Part shown: one piece after another, positions 34,801 through 48,750 of the stretch | How positions within the stretch are numbered: the first letter of the stretch is position 1 | How the letters are laid out: every line of letters starts with the position of its first letter | NCBI GenBank assembly: GCA_043228905.1 | Contig: JBHGNT010000001.1 | Span: 30,380,001 to 30,444,000 of the forward strand | Reading direction: 5' to 3' | Length of the DNA: 64,000 nt | Origin: Azolla caroliniana | Taxonomy: Eukaryota > Plantae > Polypodiophyta | Program-made: the position numbers and the translations under genes | The notes under the pieces: model-generated | Told to the model about the DNA's origin: nothing | Seen by the model: the letters and a program-made list of their open reading frames with translations, nothing else | Databases searched by the model: none

Positions 34801-37800
34801 TAAAATATTCACTTTTAAACAAGGTAATATAGATAACTGCTTTCCTTTTCATGTCAAATACAATGATGAATACACATGTGTATATATAGGACATGTCTAA
34901 ATTCTTGAGATGGGATGTCCTTATGAGATTATGAGGTCAACAAGGTATTAAAAGAACATCGGTGTGATATAATTGTTTTGCTACTACTTTCGGATCATAC
35001 AAAACCTTGGAGGTGTTTGTTGGCAAATTTATGTTGCGTTGAAATCTTAAACTCTAATAAAACACCTTAATAAATATCCCTAGATTCTCAATATCTAGCA
35101 AAAGACATTTCCATTGCAAAGCCATTTTCTTGTAAGTTTTTGAAAACTTAGAGGGCTATTTTGATAAGTATGTAGAAAGGTGGGGGTATTCATGTGTTTA
35201 TGCCCCAATAATAAATTGGCTATACAATTCTTTACGGTAGAGTTGAAGTCAACATACATAAGGGGATAAATACCTAATGTCGACACTCGAATAAGTTTTA
35301 CAAGGTTGTATATCAAGACTTAATATTGAGGTAGAGGCATAATGATTTATCATTGTATGTATCTAATCTAAAGTCCCAACAAGGGTTGGCGATGTTCAAT
35401 ACTCATGAAAGAGTAGGTATCAATTGCATCCCACTTTATAGGCTTAAAAGCCTTGATGCTTTGCAAGATAGATTTCTTCCCCCGCCCCCTCAAAACATCA
35501 AATGGGCAATGATCATGCATATAACATTTCTGAGTGATGTGATTTTGTCTTTAGATTTACCGGTTAAATTTATACCACTATTTCGAGCAATTATCAAAGA
35601 AAATGGTTTATATCACTATTCATCAATTTTATTGACTTTCGAAGTTTTCTTCGTCATGTGGCCACCTTTGCTTACGTAACCAATACAAATATTTTATATA
35701 CCCAAATTGATGAAATGGAATCTACACCTATAAGTTGTAACATACATCATGATACACAAACTATATGACGTAAAACTCATCAACATTTGGAAGAAGCTAG
35801 CAACTTTATACCATTGATTTTGAGTCCATTGTCTTAAATATTGAGATGATAGCATAACTGCAAGCATCCGACTCTTTAGGCTCACAAAGGTTTAAGAGAA
35901 CATACATAACATAAATCATTAGTCAATGCTCACGAGATGGTCATGTATCTATTATACCCCACTTTTATTATGTCTATATCCTAATTTTCTAAGGCAGGCA
36001 AAGATCTCGTTTTGCATTTTTGCATCAAGAAGGGGGAGAACCATGAGTATAAGATAAATGAGAATAATGCAAGAACACTTTGATTTTAAAAGGTAACTTT
36101 AGGTTCAACTCATTAAGTTTCTCTAATTGGGTTTTGCTATGTAGAATAAACCTCAATCAACCTTTTACACCCTAATAGCTTTTCACTTTCTTTGTCTAAG
36201 AATTGTTCTCAATAACATGACAAATGCACATTGTTTATGTAACCTAGGAGGCATGGAAGTATGGGGTGGATTACCACTAAAGGTTATAAAATGTGAGGTA
36301 TATAAAATTTGTATCACCTAATGCCTTGTGTTTTTTAGATTTAGGGGGACAATGATCATCAACTCTATGATGCAAAGCCTATGAATTTTTTCAAAAAGGG
36401 TAAAGAATTTATCTCGTTTTTTAGAACGCAAAAAAAATCATGAATTTAGGATCCAATAGTAGCTAGTAGCACGAGGTTAATAGCGAAAAACACCATCTTA
36501 AGATGTTCATTTTGATCGAAGGAAATCATTAGAGAAATAAATTGCATGCAATAAATGTTAAGCCAAGTGATGAGAATAGGGTCGCGAACAACTAACACCT
36601 TGTAAAGTCATATATTGTAGCTATTCGGAAAAAGAAAAAGACTACATTGAAACTTTAACCAACCATCAAGACACACTAGCTAAGAATGCCCCCCATGCCC
36701 CACCCCAAACCAACACGAGAAATGCAATTGGTAATGCCATGTCAATCAATAATGGGCACATATGCCCATACAATAAGCTCAATAAAGTGAAAACCATTGA
36801 CACCAAAATCATATTCATTTTGTCCACACGGGATGCCTTAGAAACAAATTATTCTCCACCCCAATTTTGGTGCAACCGATGGTTTTATTTTCACCATGCG
36901 AACCCTTAAATTTAAATTCTAACTTCAAGTGTATTTAAAGAAACCGCGAAGCCTCGGTGAGGATGTCTTAGTGGGCATTTGTAAACTTCTTAACAAGCTT
37001 CTACTTTGTGACTTGACAAATAAACGAGTATTATTCATTTATTTTTATGATGTTGCATTAAGACATCTAATACAAATAGAGAGTATGGTGCTCAACTCTC
37101 ATGATCCATACCCACCATTTGTCCATGCATACTTGCTCAATACCATTTAAAACCCATTAAAAACTATTTATATGCTCGAGATATTACCTATACATGCATA
37201 TGGGTTGTGAAAATATATATTCTTCTTGATGGAGATAGTTGGGAATATTCATTCAAGTTAAAATGCTACAGTTTTGTAAACACGTAGGTGAATAGTTTTT
37301 TTGCAATTTGAAAAGCGTAAGGTGCGAATAGCAAGGTAGGCATGTCTTCAATGGAGTACTTCACATGGTTGCTTCTAAACTCAATCACAAGTTTGCCCAA
37401 GTAAAGAACATTGTTTGTGCGACATAGACAAGACCATGCAAACTGACAGTGTTGGATGACAAATTTGTTTCATGGGGTGGACTGATGCTTTCAATTATCC
37501 TTTTTGAGCCATAGCATGAATTCAAACTATGGATAATAAAGGAAAACGAGAACAATCATAGTAACACGATCACCTAAGGCATAATGTACAAGCCTTGCTA
37601 TTACAATTTACATGTTGAAAGGAGTGATTATGAACACACATGTATAGTATAAATAAAACATAATATGTACAACACAGTTCTTCGTAGATATGTCGACTGA
37701 TGAGGAATATATACATGAATAACGGTCTCCGAGCGCATGGGCAAACCACGCCTTTTTTACGATAAGCCTCGGAGTGAAGAACCTCCATTGACATGGCTTT

Positions 37801-37929
37801 ATAAAATTCACTTGTCTACGAGTAGGCAACATATGTGTATTTCGACTGGCCAAGAACATGAATATGAAACCTGGTAAAGAAGGGAGCGTAAAAAATATAC
37901 TTACATACATGCATACATATGTATATACA

Positions 37930-37933
37930 TACA

Positions 37934-37996
<63 letters not shown>
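37930..37996. repeat. (CA)n microsatellite
   Basis: Long AC dinucleotide run. Confidence 0.97.
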
Positions 37997-38000
<4 letters not shown>

Positions 38001-38648
38001 GTACATACATACAATAACTATATACATACATGCATGCATACAATAACTTGTACAAACATACATACGATAAATAAGTATATATGTACATAAAACATGCTTG
38101 AACCTCCAATTTGTCATTACATGTAATGAATAGCAAAAGGCTGGGGGGGGGGGGGGGGGGAAGAGATTGTGCGCTTCAGAATCTAAAAAGATGATGAAAG
38201 AAAGAATAAGATAACAAAAAAAGGAACCGCCCACCCGGCGGGCAGGCAGGGGTGGGGGGGTTTGCTTTGTTGTTATTATTATTATTATTATTATCCACAT
38301 TATGTTATTATTATTATTATTATTGGTGTCTTTTCAGTGGAGAGCGACAAAAAATGGAATCGAAGCGAAAGACATACGAATAACCAACCAACCATACTTC
38401 TCAATTTATGTTTAAAAAAGAAGAAGAAGAAGAAGAAGAAGCAGAGCACAAAATGTTATATTGTAACCGAATGAATTATGGTAAAATATGACATTCCAAT
38501 CGCGAGAGAGAGAGAGAGAAAGAAGAAGAAGAAGAAGAAGAAGAAGAAATAGAAGCAATATGTAAAGAAATGAGGAAGTAAATGGTGTTGTAGTAGTAGA
38601 CTGTGTTGTTTTTGTTCCTTTTGAGGGAAGGGCAGCAAAATGACCTCC

Positions 38649-38812
38649 GTCCGTCCGCGAGAATTGACGGCAGAGGCGGATGATGACCCCACGTGGAGGT
38701 AAACGATTGGCCGCCTCCTCCTCCTCCTCCTCCTCTTCCGTCCGCCCGTCCGCGAGTATTGACGGCAGAGGCTGACCATGCCACGTGGAGGTAAACGATT
38801 GGCCGCCTCCTC
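38649..38812 (-). promoter_or_regulatory. Duplicated promoter module with two ERSE-like elements (CCAAT-N9-CCACG) overlapping G-boxes
   Basis: CGTGG-AGGTAAACG-ATTGG at 38692-38710 and 38784-38802; the reverse complement is CCAAT CGTTTACCT CCACG. Each overlaps CCACGTGG. Upstream of the TZF gene leader. Confidence 0.6.
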
Positions 38813-39047
38813 CATTCTTTTTGCCTTGCCCTTTTTGGCACGATTCGTTTTATTATTATTATTATTGTTGTTGTTGTTGTTAATTGTGTTCTCTTGAGAG
38901 ATTTTTGGGATATTTTTTTAGTTATTTATTTATTTTGGTTATATATAATTGTAATATATTTTATATATTACTCGCAGTTTTCTGACGCTCGCTTGGAGTG
39001 GCGTTTAAACTGAGGAGAAGCCGCCATCGCCGCCATCGCTACCCGAA

Positions 39048-39610
39048 GGAAGAAGAAACAGAAGAAGAAGAAGAGAGAAGAGAGAAGAGAGAAGAGAGAA
39101 GAGAGAAGAAGAAGAAGAAGAAGAGAGAAGAGGAGAGAAGGAGACTGCAGAAGAGAGAAGAGGAAAGAAAGCGACGAACACCTGGTGTTCCCCGAAACTG
39201 AAGACGAAGATGAAGACGACTAAAGTTGCAGACAACTGAAGAAGAAGAGGGATGAAGTAGCAGAAGACCGGAGAAGAAGAAGAAGAAGAAGAAGAAGAAA
39301 AAGGATGAACTAGCAGTAAACTGAAGAAAGAGATTACTAAAATAGCAAGCAGGAGGAGGAAGAGGAAGAAGAAACTTAAGTAGCGGAAAACAGAAAGAAA
39401 AAGAAGCAGAAGAAGACACGGGACAAAACAAAGACAACAGAGAAAATAAAACAATTACAAACTACGGAAGAACTCAACAAGTAGAAGACGACGCCGAAGG
39501 AGAAAGATGCAGGATAATGGTCTGAAGTAGATGAATCTAAGAAAGAAGAGAACATCTGGAACGTCCTGATACAGAGACATGCTAGGTTTTTCAGAAGAAG
39601 AAGAAGAAGT
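39048..39610 (+). repeat. GAA/GA-rich low-complexity region, probable 5' UTR of the TZF gene
   Basis: Purine-rich AAG/AG runs followed by candidate splice donors (39617, 39741) and a pyrimidine-rich stretch ending TTTCCCAG at ~40198. Confidence 0.6.
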
Positions 39611-40244
39611 GACAAGGTAGTTTTTTTCCAAAGAAAAAGAAGCTAAAACTCCTCCATAGCCACAATTTCTTGTTCTACTGGAAGTTGTACTGGTCACTTC
39701 ACTTCTTTGAACGGATTATTGCAGACTAAACCTTCTCCAGGTTAGTTATCTATCTCTCATGGTCGCATCTCTGCCATTCTCCTGTTACTGCATCATGTCT
39801 ATGACATCTGTGCTGTTTTTTCTTTTTTCGTTCTCAAGCACATTTCTCCACTTTCGATGGCATAATTCTGTCCGTCTCGTCTCTCTTACCTTTTCTTTTG
39901 CTGTTTCAATCCTCCAGGATTCCAACTCAAAAAAATTTTCATTCATACCTTCTCTGCTTTGCCAAAGTTTTTTGCCTCCCTTCCTGCCTCTTCCTTACAC
40001 ATTTCTTTTTTCATCTCAAAGAAGCTTTACCATGGATTAGCCCTGCAACTTTTTCCAGCATATATGAACTTTGCATCACTCAGTGGTAAACCACACCGCA
40101 ATATTCATTGTTTTCATTCTTTATTCTTCCGAATAGAAAAAAACTCACATGCGTATATTCTTTTTCAAGAAGTTTTCTTGCTTTTTGTTGTTTCCCAGCA
40201 AGCTGGCGATTATAAACCTGGAACCATGGAAAGGAAATGGTGGG

Positions 40245-42494
40245 ATGTGTGGAGGCCACGGAAATTCCGAAGGAAAAGTACCCTCTCTCACTGAAAGTGA
40301 GTCTTCTTCAAAAAAGGGGTCAACTTCTGATGCTTCTCAGGACTCTTCTTTCCTCTTACTTGAGCTAGCCTCTAAAAACGACCTGGAGAAATTCCGAAAA
40401 TTTGTTGAGAAAGAAGGTCTTAATAGGATAAACAGTGTAGGAACTTGGTATATTGGAAGGAATGGTTCTAGGGAAATGTGTGTAGAACAAAGAACCCCAG
40501 CGATGATTGCAGCCTTGTATGGAAGTCTGGATGTTCTGAAGTATATTGTGAAGGAGGCTTATATGACATACTGTGGAGATATTAACCAAACATGTGGGAA
40601 TGATGGTACCACAGCTCTGCATTGTGCTGTTGCTGGAGGTTCTACCTTTGCTGTAGAAACCACAAAATTTCTAGTTGAGTCTGGTGCAGATGTGAATGTA
40701 ATTGATGCTATGGGGAGAACAGCTGCAGACATGATTAATGTTTCATATAGACCTGGGAATGTAAAGAGAAAAGCATTGGAGGAGATTTTGGCAAGAAAGC
40801 CAAGTGAAGGTTCTGATGTCTCTTCTGATGAGTGTGAGAGCATTTTTTTGCCATCTGGTGAAGCTTACATTGATGAAGCTGAGTCCTTCTTATCATCATC
40901 ATCAGCTGTTTGCTGTGCCTTTGGAGGATCCATGTCATGCTCTTCATCTTCAACATCTCCAAAGTCCCCTCTACTGTCTGGGTCAAAGTTGCTTGGGGAT
41001 GGAAACGAGAAGGCTAAAGGGTATCCTACTGATCCATCTCTTCCAGATATTAAGAACAGCATTTATACCACCGATGAATTCAGAATGTACACTTTCAAAG
41101 TTCGCCCTTGCTCAAGGGCATACTCACATGATTGGACAGAATGTCCTTTTGTTCATCCAGGTGAAAATGCACGTCGAAGGGATCCTAGAAGATACCATTA
41201 TAGCTGTGTTCCTTGTCCAGAGTTTCGAAAAGGTGCATGCAGAAGAGGTGATTCATGTGAATATGCACATGGGGTGTTTGAATGTTGGTTGCATCCTGCT
41301 CAATATCGAACACGCCTATGCAAAGATGGTATTGATTGCAACCGAAGAGTTTGCTTCTTTGCTCATACCCCAGAAGAGCTTCGTCCCCTCTATGTTTCCA
41401 CTGGCTCAGCCGTGCCTTCTCCGAGGTCTTCTGGATGTATGGATATGTCTTGTATGAGCCCGCCTCTTACACCAGCATGCAGTTTTCCATATTCTCCTTC
41501 GTATCATGTCCAAAATACAATACAAGGATGTCTTGGGACACCACCTATGTCTCCACAATCGGTATCTGCGAATTGCTCTTTGGCCGGGACTTTGTCATTA
41601 TCTCAACAAAGTATGCCCAGCCTACATCTTCCAGGGCCCAATCTTCAGGCAAGCAGGTTGAGAAGTGCGTTGCATGCCCGAGACACCCGATTGAATGATT
41701 TTGAATGTGAGCTTTTGGGGGACTTTCAACAATCCTTATCAGTTCAGTCCCTCTCAGCTCAAGCACGATTAAATGCTGCAGTAGCAGTTTCTACGAATGG
41801 AAACCCATCTCTACAGTCTGGAAAGTATAGGAGTTTAGGGCTTACACTGCCTCCTACCAATCTTGATGATTTGTTTGCATCGGAGAGTGTTTGTTCACCT
41901 AACTCTCTTAACCTTGAATTGATGTCACTTCCACAGCTCGAAGCCCAGATGCAATCTTCCCCAACCCAATATCAAAGCCATTTTCTATCTCGACAAACTT
42001 CCCTCCAAAGACAGCTTAGTGCCCAACAACAGGCTGGCCTGGAAGCTCAATTCCAATCCACTATTCTTCAATCACCAAAGCAACACCCGTCATTTAGTCT
42101 TGGTCCACTTTGTCACATGGATATGGAAAGGCGAGAAGCTCCTCTATCTGCAAGATCTGTATTTGCACAACATGATCGACAATCACAGGACCTTGAAGGT
42201 GATTTGCTATGGTCTGATTGGGGTTCTCCCACTGGAAAACCAGAATGGAGTGTTCATGGGAATGAGTTTCCTAAACTAAGAAGGCCACCTTCCAGTCTGA
42301 AAGGTTCTGATGATTCAGATTTAACATGGGCACATAGATCAGTGAAAGGAGAGCTGTTGGATGGATGTGGTGTTGCATCTTCTACTGCTGGTGTTAATGA
42401 TGGTGCTACTGGTGTAGAGAGAGTGAATGTTGATGTGTCCCTTATTGGGTCATGGATTGATAAATTTCACCTTGACGATCACATCGTGGCATGA
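40245..42494 (+). CDS. Ankyrin-repeat tandem CCCH zinc finger protein (RR-TZF, OXS2/TZF7-11-like)
   Basis: Family-typical MCGG start at 40245. Ankyrin motifs [11 protein letters not shown] and [10 protein letters not shown]; [39 protein letters not shown]; two CCCH fingers. Single coding exon. Confidence 0.95.
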   Translation: MCGGHGNSEGKVPSLTESESSSKKGSTSDASQDSSFLLLELASKNDLEKFRKFVEKEGLNRINSVGTWYIGRNGSREMCVEQRTPAMIAALYGSLDVLKYIVKEAYMTYCGDINQTCGNDGTTALHCAVAGGSTFAVETTKFLVESGADVNVIDAMGRTAADMINVSYRPGNVKRKALEEILARKPSEGSDVSSDECESIFLPSGEAYIDEAESFLSSSSAVCCAFGGSMSCSSSSTSPKSPLLSGSKLLGDGNEKAKGYPTDPSLPDIKNSIYTTDEFRMYTFKVRPCSRAYSHDWTECPFVHPGENARRRDPRRYHYSCVPCPEFRKGACRRGDSCEYAHGVFECWLHPAQYRTRLCKDGIDCNRRVCFFAHTPEELRPLYVSTGSAVPSPRSSGCMDMSCMSPPLTPACSFPYSPSYHVQNTIQGCLGTPPMSPQSVSANCSLAGTLSLSQQSMPSLHLPGPNLQASRLRSALHARDTRLNDFECELLGDFQQSLSVQSLSAQARLNAAVAVSTNGNPSLQSGKYRSLGLTLPPTNLDDLFASESVCSPNSLNLELMSLPQLEAQMQSSPTQYQSHFLSRQTSLQRQLSAQQQAGLEAQFQSTILQSPKQHPSFSLGPLCHMDMERREAPLSARSVFAQHDRQSQDLEGDLLWSDWGSPTGKPEWSVHGNEFPKLRRPPSSLKGSDDSDLTWAHRSVKGELLDGCGVASSTAGVNDGATGVERVNVDVSLIGSWIDKFHLDDHIVA

Positions 42495-44639
42495 GTTAAT
42501 GTAGGAATTATTCCTTGCCTCTACATTTTTACATTTGTTCTATTTCTTTGTTTGAAAGAGTTACACAGCGTGTAATAGCACGATAGCAGGGGGCCACACC
42601 CAACTCAGTTCATGATGTATACTTACCTAGGTTAGTTGCCGATCCATGTGGAGTGGACAGCAGACTTCAAAGAGGTCAGTGCAAAAACTCAAATGTTTTA
42701 TTGCCAAAATGGGTTTCCTTTACATCAACAGGTTCAAACGTGAGTTCCAACATCAAGGTTTTTGTTTTTGTTCATTCAAAAGGGAGTGAATTGTGTATCT
42801 TATCCAAATGGAAGGTTGTATTTCTCCAAATTTGCAAGTTCATGGAGAAATGAACTTTGGCTTTTTTCAGAAGTTCATTTTGGGTTCTAGATATTCTTCC
42901 TTTAGGATATGAGATAGGTATGGGAATTGGCATTGTTACAGTCTACAGAGATTACACTTGTGCATATCTTTGGTTATTTATAGAAGGCGAGGCACTATTT
43001 GCATGAGCTTTTTCCTGGATGCAATGGTTCGCTCTTCTTTGAAGCAGCCCATCATACTGTTCATTTTATTATTATGTTTATTATTTATGCCATTGATTTT
43101 GCTATACCCTCTGCTTCTAATTAAATGCTACATAAGTTTATGATTCGGATGCTGATACTGGTTCTCTGATGTCGTATTAAACATTACATAGTTGTTCCAT
43201 AAGCGTGAAAATAGATATTCGTTACAAACATGTTTTATGCTAGAGAATACAAGAAATGTGCTTTTGTTTTTGTTTCCATAAACAAGAAAATCTGCTTGAC
43301 TATTTAATAATTCCTTTAGCATCAGAGGTTTCATCTTTCCATCTGGAAGCTATGTCTCAACCATGGTGCATTAGAGAATTATAACCGGGTGATGTTATAT
43401 TTTATGCTTCTTGGTTGCAGTAAAGAACATTGCAATAATAGTGTAACCATTGGGAAATATGAATGCATTTTCTGGGAAAAGAGAGCCAGCGGTGCTGCAT
43501 TGGCAGGGGCTGCATGCTCACCAACTTCATGTCCATTGTTGGAATTTTGAAGCTAAATTTAAGGAGGTGCTGAGAATTATGCCTTGTGCTTCATGCTAGG
43601 CCCATTACAAAAGGGACGTGTTATCCTGTTTCTGGTATTCAAGGAGACATAGTATACATATTCTCCGTTTCTACTCCAATATCCGGCCAAAACTAGCTTG
43701 CATATGGAAGCAAAATTTGGCTCTTGCATGAAAAGAAAACTTGGGGAGACTAATACCCATTCAATTGTAATTATTAATTTTGTCAGTGGTTCCCAATGAT
43801 GTCTATCTATATTTCCAATGCTCTCAATATTAGATCAAGATTTTCATATATGGTGATTGCTTTCGATGATGGTGGACCTTGAAAACGTTCTATTATCTTA
43901 TGATTATAATTCTATACAGCACACCCTAACTTCATTGTACAATGCTAGCATGGAATTAACCTGATTATGGTTGTTTGGTGATCTATTTGTCTATTCAAGC
44001 ATATTTCTGCATTCTGCACCTCTTATACTGCAGCATCAAATTGTCACTTCACTTCAATTGATTTAATTCTTCAACAGATGTGCATTATTTTTGTGCACGA
44101 TAAGACAAGTTAGTATAGATCTTTCATTTTGTTGCTAATACAAGTTAATCAAAATTCAAAGCATTAAAATAGTAAATAAAATTCATTATTATATGTAGTG
44201 TGTTTCAGAGTTACATAATAACAAAAGTAAGGTGTTTGCAACTCGAGAGGCATTTTATTGAATGAGAGTTATATTTGGACCAAATCTTGTGAGACACCAG
44301 GTGAACTATTACTATATGATATGCATTAAACGATAATAAAAAAACATTACTACATAATAATCTTTTCACTTTTATGGTATCTAACAATTTGACCATTCTA
44401 TAATAGTTAAGAGTAGTCAATTGGATTATTAAATATACCAATTTGTGCACCAATATTTTATGGACTGAAACTATTTGATGTGACTTGACCTTCTAATACT
44501 CTACATTCTAAGCTTCTAATGCAAGACCCCTGCCCTTCAATCATTGAAGTAAAGAACACATAACAAGAGGTTCATCCTTTCTTGACATCCCACTAGCATA
44601 TACAAACTTAAAGTAAAGTTTGGTTACATCTGGAATTAA

Positions 44640-46289
44640 TTATACAAATGGAACTAGTGCAAGTTCATCGAACTCCAAATGTACCATGAAAAACTTTCGG
44701 TTCAACTCCTTAATGACGTTTGATCCACTGAAGCGATAGCTCATCTGTACAAATCGGAACCATGTGCATGCTTCGGATATGGCAATAACCCCTTGCCCTT
44801 CTACATATTTACAATATGCAATATTCAAGCTTCTTAATTGGCAACAATGAACGAGGTGCTTGAGTCCATCATCTGTCACCTTTGTAAAAGCTATACTAAT
44901 GTCAACTAATTTAGTACAACCCAAGGCAATGGTTTGAAGTGCGTCATCATTCACAAAATAGCATTGATCCAGATTTAGAGACTCCAAAACTGAAAAATCA
45001 GCGATAATCTCTACATCTGTGATCATTTCACATTTAACCAAAGTCAACTTCTTCAAGTGTTTTACGTTATCTGCTACAACCATGAGGCTAAAATCATCAA
45101 CATTAGTGAAGCTCAAGTTTAAAGCTTGTAGATTCTTACAGAATGCAATGGAACAAAATCCATTCCGTGACAAACTGATGCATCTCCTCAAATCAAGAAA
45201 CTCGAGCTTGCAGCTACATTCCATGAGTCTCTGAAACTCAATATCTTGGAATCCCTTTCCAGAGTCGAGTGCAAGAGATTTTAATGATCGGCAATCCATA
45301 AGGCCATGTAGTGCCAATCCAGTCAGTCCAATAGCATTTATATGTAATTTCTCCAGCTTTTGGCATCTTTGGATGACCCTAACAATTGTTGCTTCCTTAG
45401 GATGGTCATATTGGCTCCGAAAGACCAATTCCTTTATGTTTTTGTTTGCTTCTACTACCGCAATTACCATTTCATCAAGATCAATTGGTGCACGTGTAGC
45501 ACCCAACTCCACTCTTAGACAAGTTAGTGTGGAACATTTGGCCATGCACCACAGATCCATTGTTCGGGCTTTCAATGAAAGCTCTTGTATGAGTGGGCAT
45601 CCAGTGGATATAGATTTCAAGGCATATCCGACCTCAAGACTGAAAAACTCGAGGCAAACCTTGAGCAATGAAGGACAATCACTCCCGATGATACCTAAAC
45701 CTTCTGAAGTAAATCCAAATTTCCCTTTTAAAGTGATCTCTTGCATATTGTTCAACTTGCAAATGGCTTTAAGAGATGCATCTCCAAGATTTAAACAATC
45801 CTCAAGTGAAACCACTCGCAAGCATGGACAGCCTTTAGTGATATCCACAATAGCATCATCTGATATATTTTCCAGAGATGATAAGACAATTTTATGGAGA
45901 AAAGCACAATGGGATGCAACACTGCGTAATCCCACATTAGAGATTTTCTTTTGTGGGCTATCTGGATGTCCAATGAGAAGAGTTTGAATGCCATGGAGAA
46001 GATGGGATGCCAAGAGAAGATCTGAATCTGTAATCTCATCACAACATCGAGAGGCATCAAGCTCTTTGATGCATGAGAACCTCGTCAAAAGGCCACACAG
46101 GCTTCGAGATTTGATGAATATATATTGTGTCCTTGTGATCATAACTTTGTTCCATAGATGACATACAAGTGAAGCTGCGAGACGATCTTGAGGGCTGCTG
46201 ATGAATGAGAAAATGTGATACATCAAATTGAAATCACTCATGACAGGAGAGGAAAAATGGAAACCTGAATACGACACACTTTCTGCCAT
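44640..46289 (-). CDS. F-box/LRR protein (FBXL-type, cysteine-containing LRRs)
   Basis: F-box LMYHIFSFISSPQDRLAASLVCHLW followed by many LRRs (e.g. LESLNLDQCYFVNDDALQTIALGC). Likely ATG at 46289 (MAESV). Confidence 0.9.
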   Translation of the reverse strand: MAESVSYSGFHFSSPVMSDFNLMYHIFSFISSPQDRLAASLVCHLWNKVMITRTQYIFIKSRSLCGLLTRFSCIKELDASRCCDEITDSDLLLASHLLHGIQTLLIGHPDSPQKKISNVGLRSVASHCAFLHKIVLSSLENISDDAIVDITKGCPCLRVVSLEDCLNLGDASLKAICKLNNMQEITLKGKFGFTSEGLGIIGSDCPSLLKVCLEFFSLEVGYALKSISTGCPLIQELSLKARTMDLWCMAKCSTLTCLRVELGATRAPIDLDEMVIAVVEANKNIKELVFRSQYDHPKEATIVRVIQRCQKLEKLHINAIGLTGLALHGLMDCRSLKSLALDSGKGFQDIEFQRLMECSCKLEFLDLRRCISLSRNGFCSIAFCKNLQALNLSFTNVDDFSLMVVADNVKHLKKLTLVKCEMITDVEIIADFSVLESLNLDQCYFVNDDALQTIALGCTKLVDISIAFTKVTDDGLKHLVHCCQLRSLNIAYCKYVEGQGVIAISEACTWFRFVQMSYRFSGSNVIKELNRKFFMVHLEFDELALVPFV

Positions 46290-48049
46290 AGCTACAATGG
46301 TGAATGATGGTGGGAACATAAATAAAATACACCTGGAAAATGTTCTCTTATGTAAGTCAAACTTCTTGAAAGGTTGATATAATCTTCTATGAAACCAACA
46401 TGAACCCTCGATATGGGCAAAGAAACCATCAAAAGACACAGATTCCAGTTCATTTTGATCACAATATGCTATAGCTATTATACATACTAGATAGATGATA
46501 GCATGTTAATCAAAACCCTAGGAAAGGATAAGCAAAACCAAACCTTGGCTAGAAAAGACATCATAGGACACAAATTCTCTTCATTTTGAAAAACGTATTG
46601 CACTATGTATTCAAATTATCTCAACAAACTTAAAAAGAATGAGGAAACGTTGGTTATAGAAAGAAAGACACTGTAGGACACAAATTCTACTTCATTTACA
46701 AGCAACAGAAATATTCATAGCTACTACACATACTACAAACCATAGGAAAACTTTCACAAGATACAAACGATGCTTCATCTTGAAAGAAACAAACACATCG
46801 ATTGCTATTATACATGCTAGGCAGAAAAGTGAAAATTTTATCTCTATACCCTATAGAAGGACTATAAAAAATACCTTCAGCAAAGAAACCATCACATGAA
46901 ACAACTCACTTTGAAGCAATAGTATGTAAGCTTTTATGCATATAGACAGACATCATAATCTGATCAAATGATCTCAAAACTCTAGGATGGGCAAAAACCA
47001 CAGACACAAATTCTCCTAGATATTGTACATACTAGATAGCATACTGTGATCAAATGATTTCAAAATCCTGGACAAAAATGGGGAAACCATAGCCAAAACA
47101 AAGAAACCATCAGCGAACATAAATTCTACTTCATTTTGAAGCTATTGAAGCATCAATAGCTATTGTGTGTGTGTGTATTTATATCCAAAATAAATACTTA
47201 AATCACATGATCCGGAAAATACGAGCAAAAACCCTAGCCGGAATATCACATATAGTTCCTATCAAAACCCGAGTAAATTTTTAAAAACGAATGAGAAAAC
47301 CACAGCCAGGAATCATTCATCGAAGTACAGAAAACAATCAAATTTAACCAGAGAAACAGAGGTACCCATACCGATCGGTACATATAACAAAGCGTTTACT
47401 TTTGAATCACAGAGAAAGAGGAAGGCTTTAAAAACACGGGGCTCACCTCTGCAGACGATATCCGCCCAAGATCCCAAAAAAACAAACCTTTGAGTTTCTT
47501 TAAATTGCGAAGGACCCAGTTCATAAAAACATTCGATAGATGAAAAAAAAAGAGAGACTATGATTTCTTTAGAAGCAAGAGGAGTTGTTTTTTGGAGATT
47601 TTTCCGAAGGTAGTCACATTTTATGACATTGTTTGGGCCACACAATTAAGTTTCCTCATACTCATCCTTTCGGCAAATTATACTTATGATTTGGGGACCA
47701 TGGGTTCGAGATTGTGCTTGTAGAGTGTTCAATGTCTGCATTTTTGAATTGGTGTGGCTACTTGTAGGCCGGTGCCAAATCTTTTATTCTAACATTCGAG
47801 TTTGTGTTTGTCAATGGCAGGGTTTGAGCTTATGGTGTTACTGGGTTTTTGGCTACTATATTATGGTTTTGGGACCTGGGTTCAAGTTTGTGTTAATATT
47901 CACATACACATTTGATCTTTATACCACGATCCTTTTCCTAACTCAATTGCTAAGTGGTGGCTATATAGGGATGTGCAACTATATTGTTAAAGTTTACAAG
48001 CTCGACATCGTCATCATCAAGGTTTGCTTTGTAGGAAAGTCAAGTTGTT

Positions 48050-48750
48050 TCAAACAAACTCCTCAGTAGTTTCGAAAATACTTTCAAGTAGTTCTATACT
48101 TTTCTGGATCCATTGTGATGACCTCGATAGCTTCCAATTGGTGGACATAGTCAAACTTGTTGCTTGATGGTAGATATATTTGAAAAAGTGTTTAGGGCAA
48201 ACATTCAAGAGAATAGTCAACCTACGCCCCCTTGATCCATCAACTGTGAGAGTGTGAGGGAAAATCAAGATCATTGTTTCCTTAATTTATGACATAATTA
48301 AGCTTGAAGGGACATGTTGAGATAACAAAGCACAACTAGACAATGTAAACCTCATGTTTGAACACGCACTCCTCGGGACATGCATGGCTTAAAAAGTCCA
48401 CTATTGATAATGAATGGAAGATGCCTTTGGATTAATGAAATGAATATGCTAGATATCCCACTCACTCTTCATTGCTAGACTGATCCTAAGGCATATACAT
48501 GTATATTCTTACGATTCCAATCATGCATGCATATGTTGAGCACAAATGCATGGATGTTGGAGAGGAGGGTTGCTATATTACATGGGCAATCTCCTTGTTT
48601 GTGACATTTTCCATGTCTACTGACTCCTCAAAATTGATCCAATGGTTTCATAAAGACACATGTCAAACAAACATCGCAACAAAAGTATGTACCTTTATCA
48701 CACAACCTTTTGTCCCAATACGTAAAATGTTTCTTCAAATCATATACTAA
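48050..48750 (-). pseudogene. Possible highly degenerate LINE ORF2 remnant
   Basis: Fragments such as LTMSTNWKLSRS..QKSI loosely resemble the post-RT region of the LINE at 6872-7270. Confidence 0.3.

Noticed and set aside
32500-37500. Degenerate copia or other TE remnants (YVD-like motif near 35250, PPT-like AAGAAGGGGGAGAA near 36030)
   Set aside because: The signals are too short and inconsistent in strand to support a feature.
37608-39697. Long ORFs of 100-230 aa
   Set aside because: They arise from (CA)n, (AAG)n and (TAT)n microsatellites, giving low-complexity translations with no domain signal.
42619-42660. ATACTTACCT resembling the U1 snRNA 5' end
   Set aside because: The downstream sequence does not resemble U1 stem-loops or an Sm site; a short chance match.
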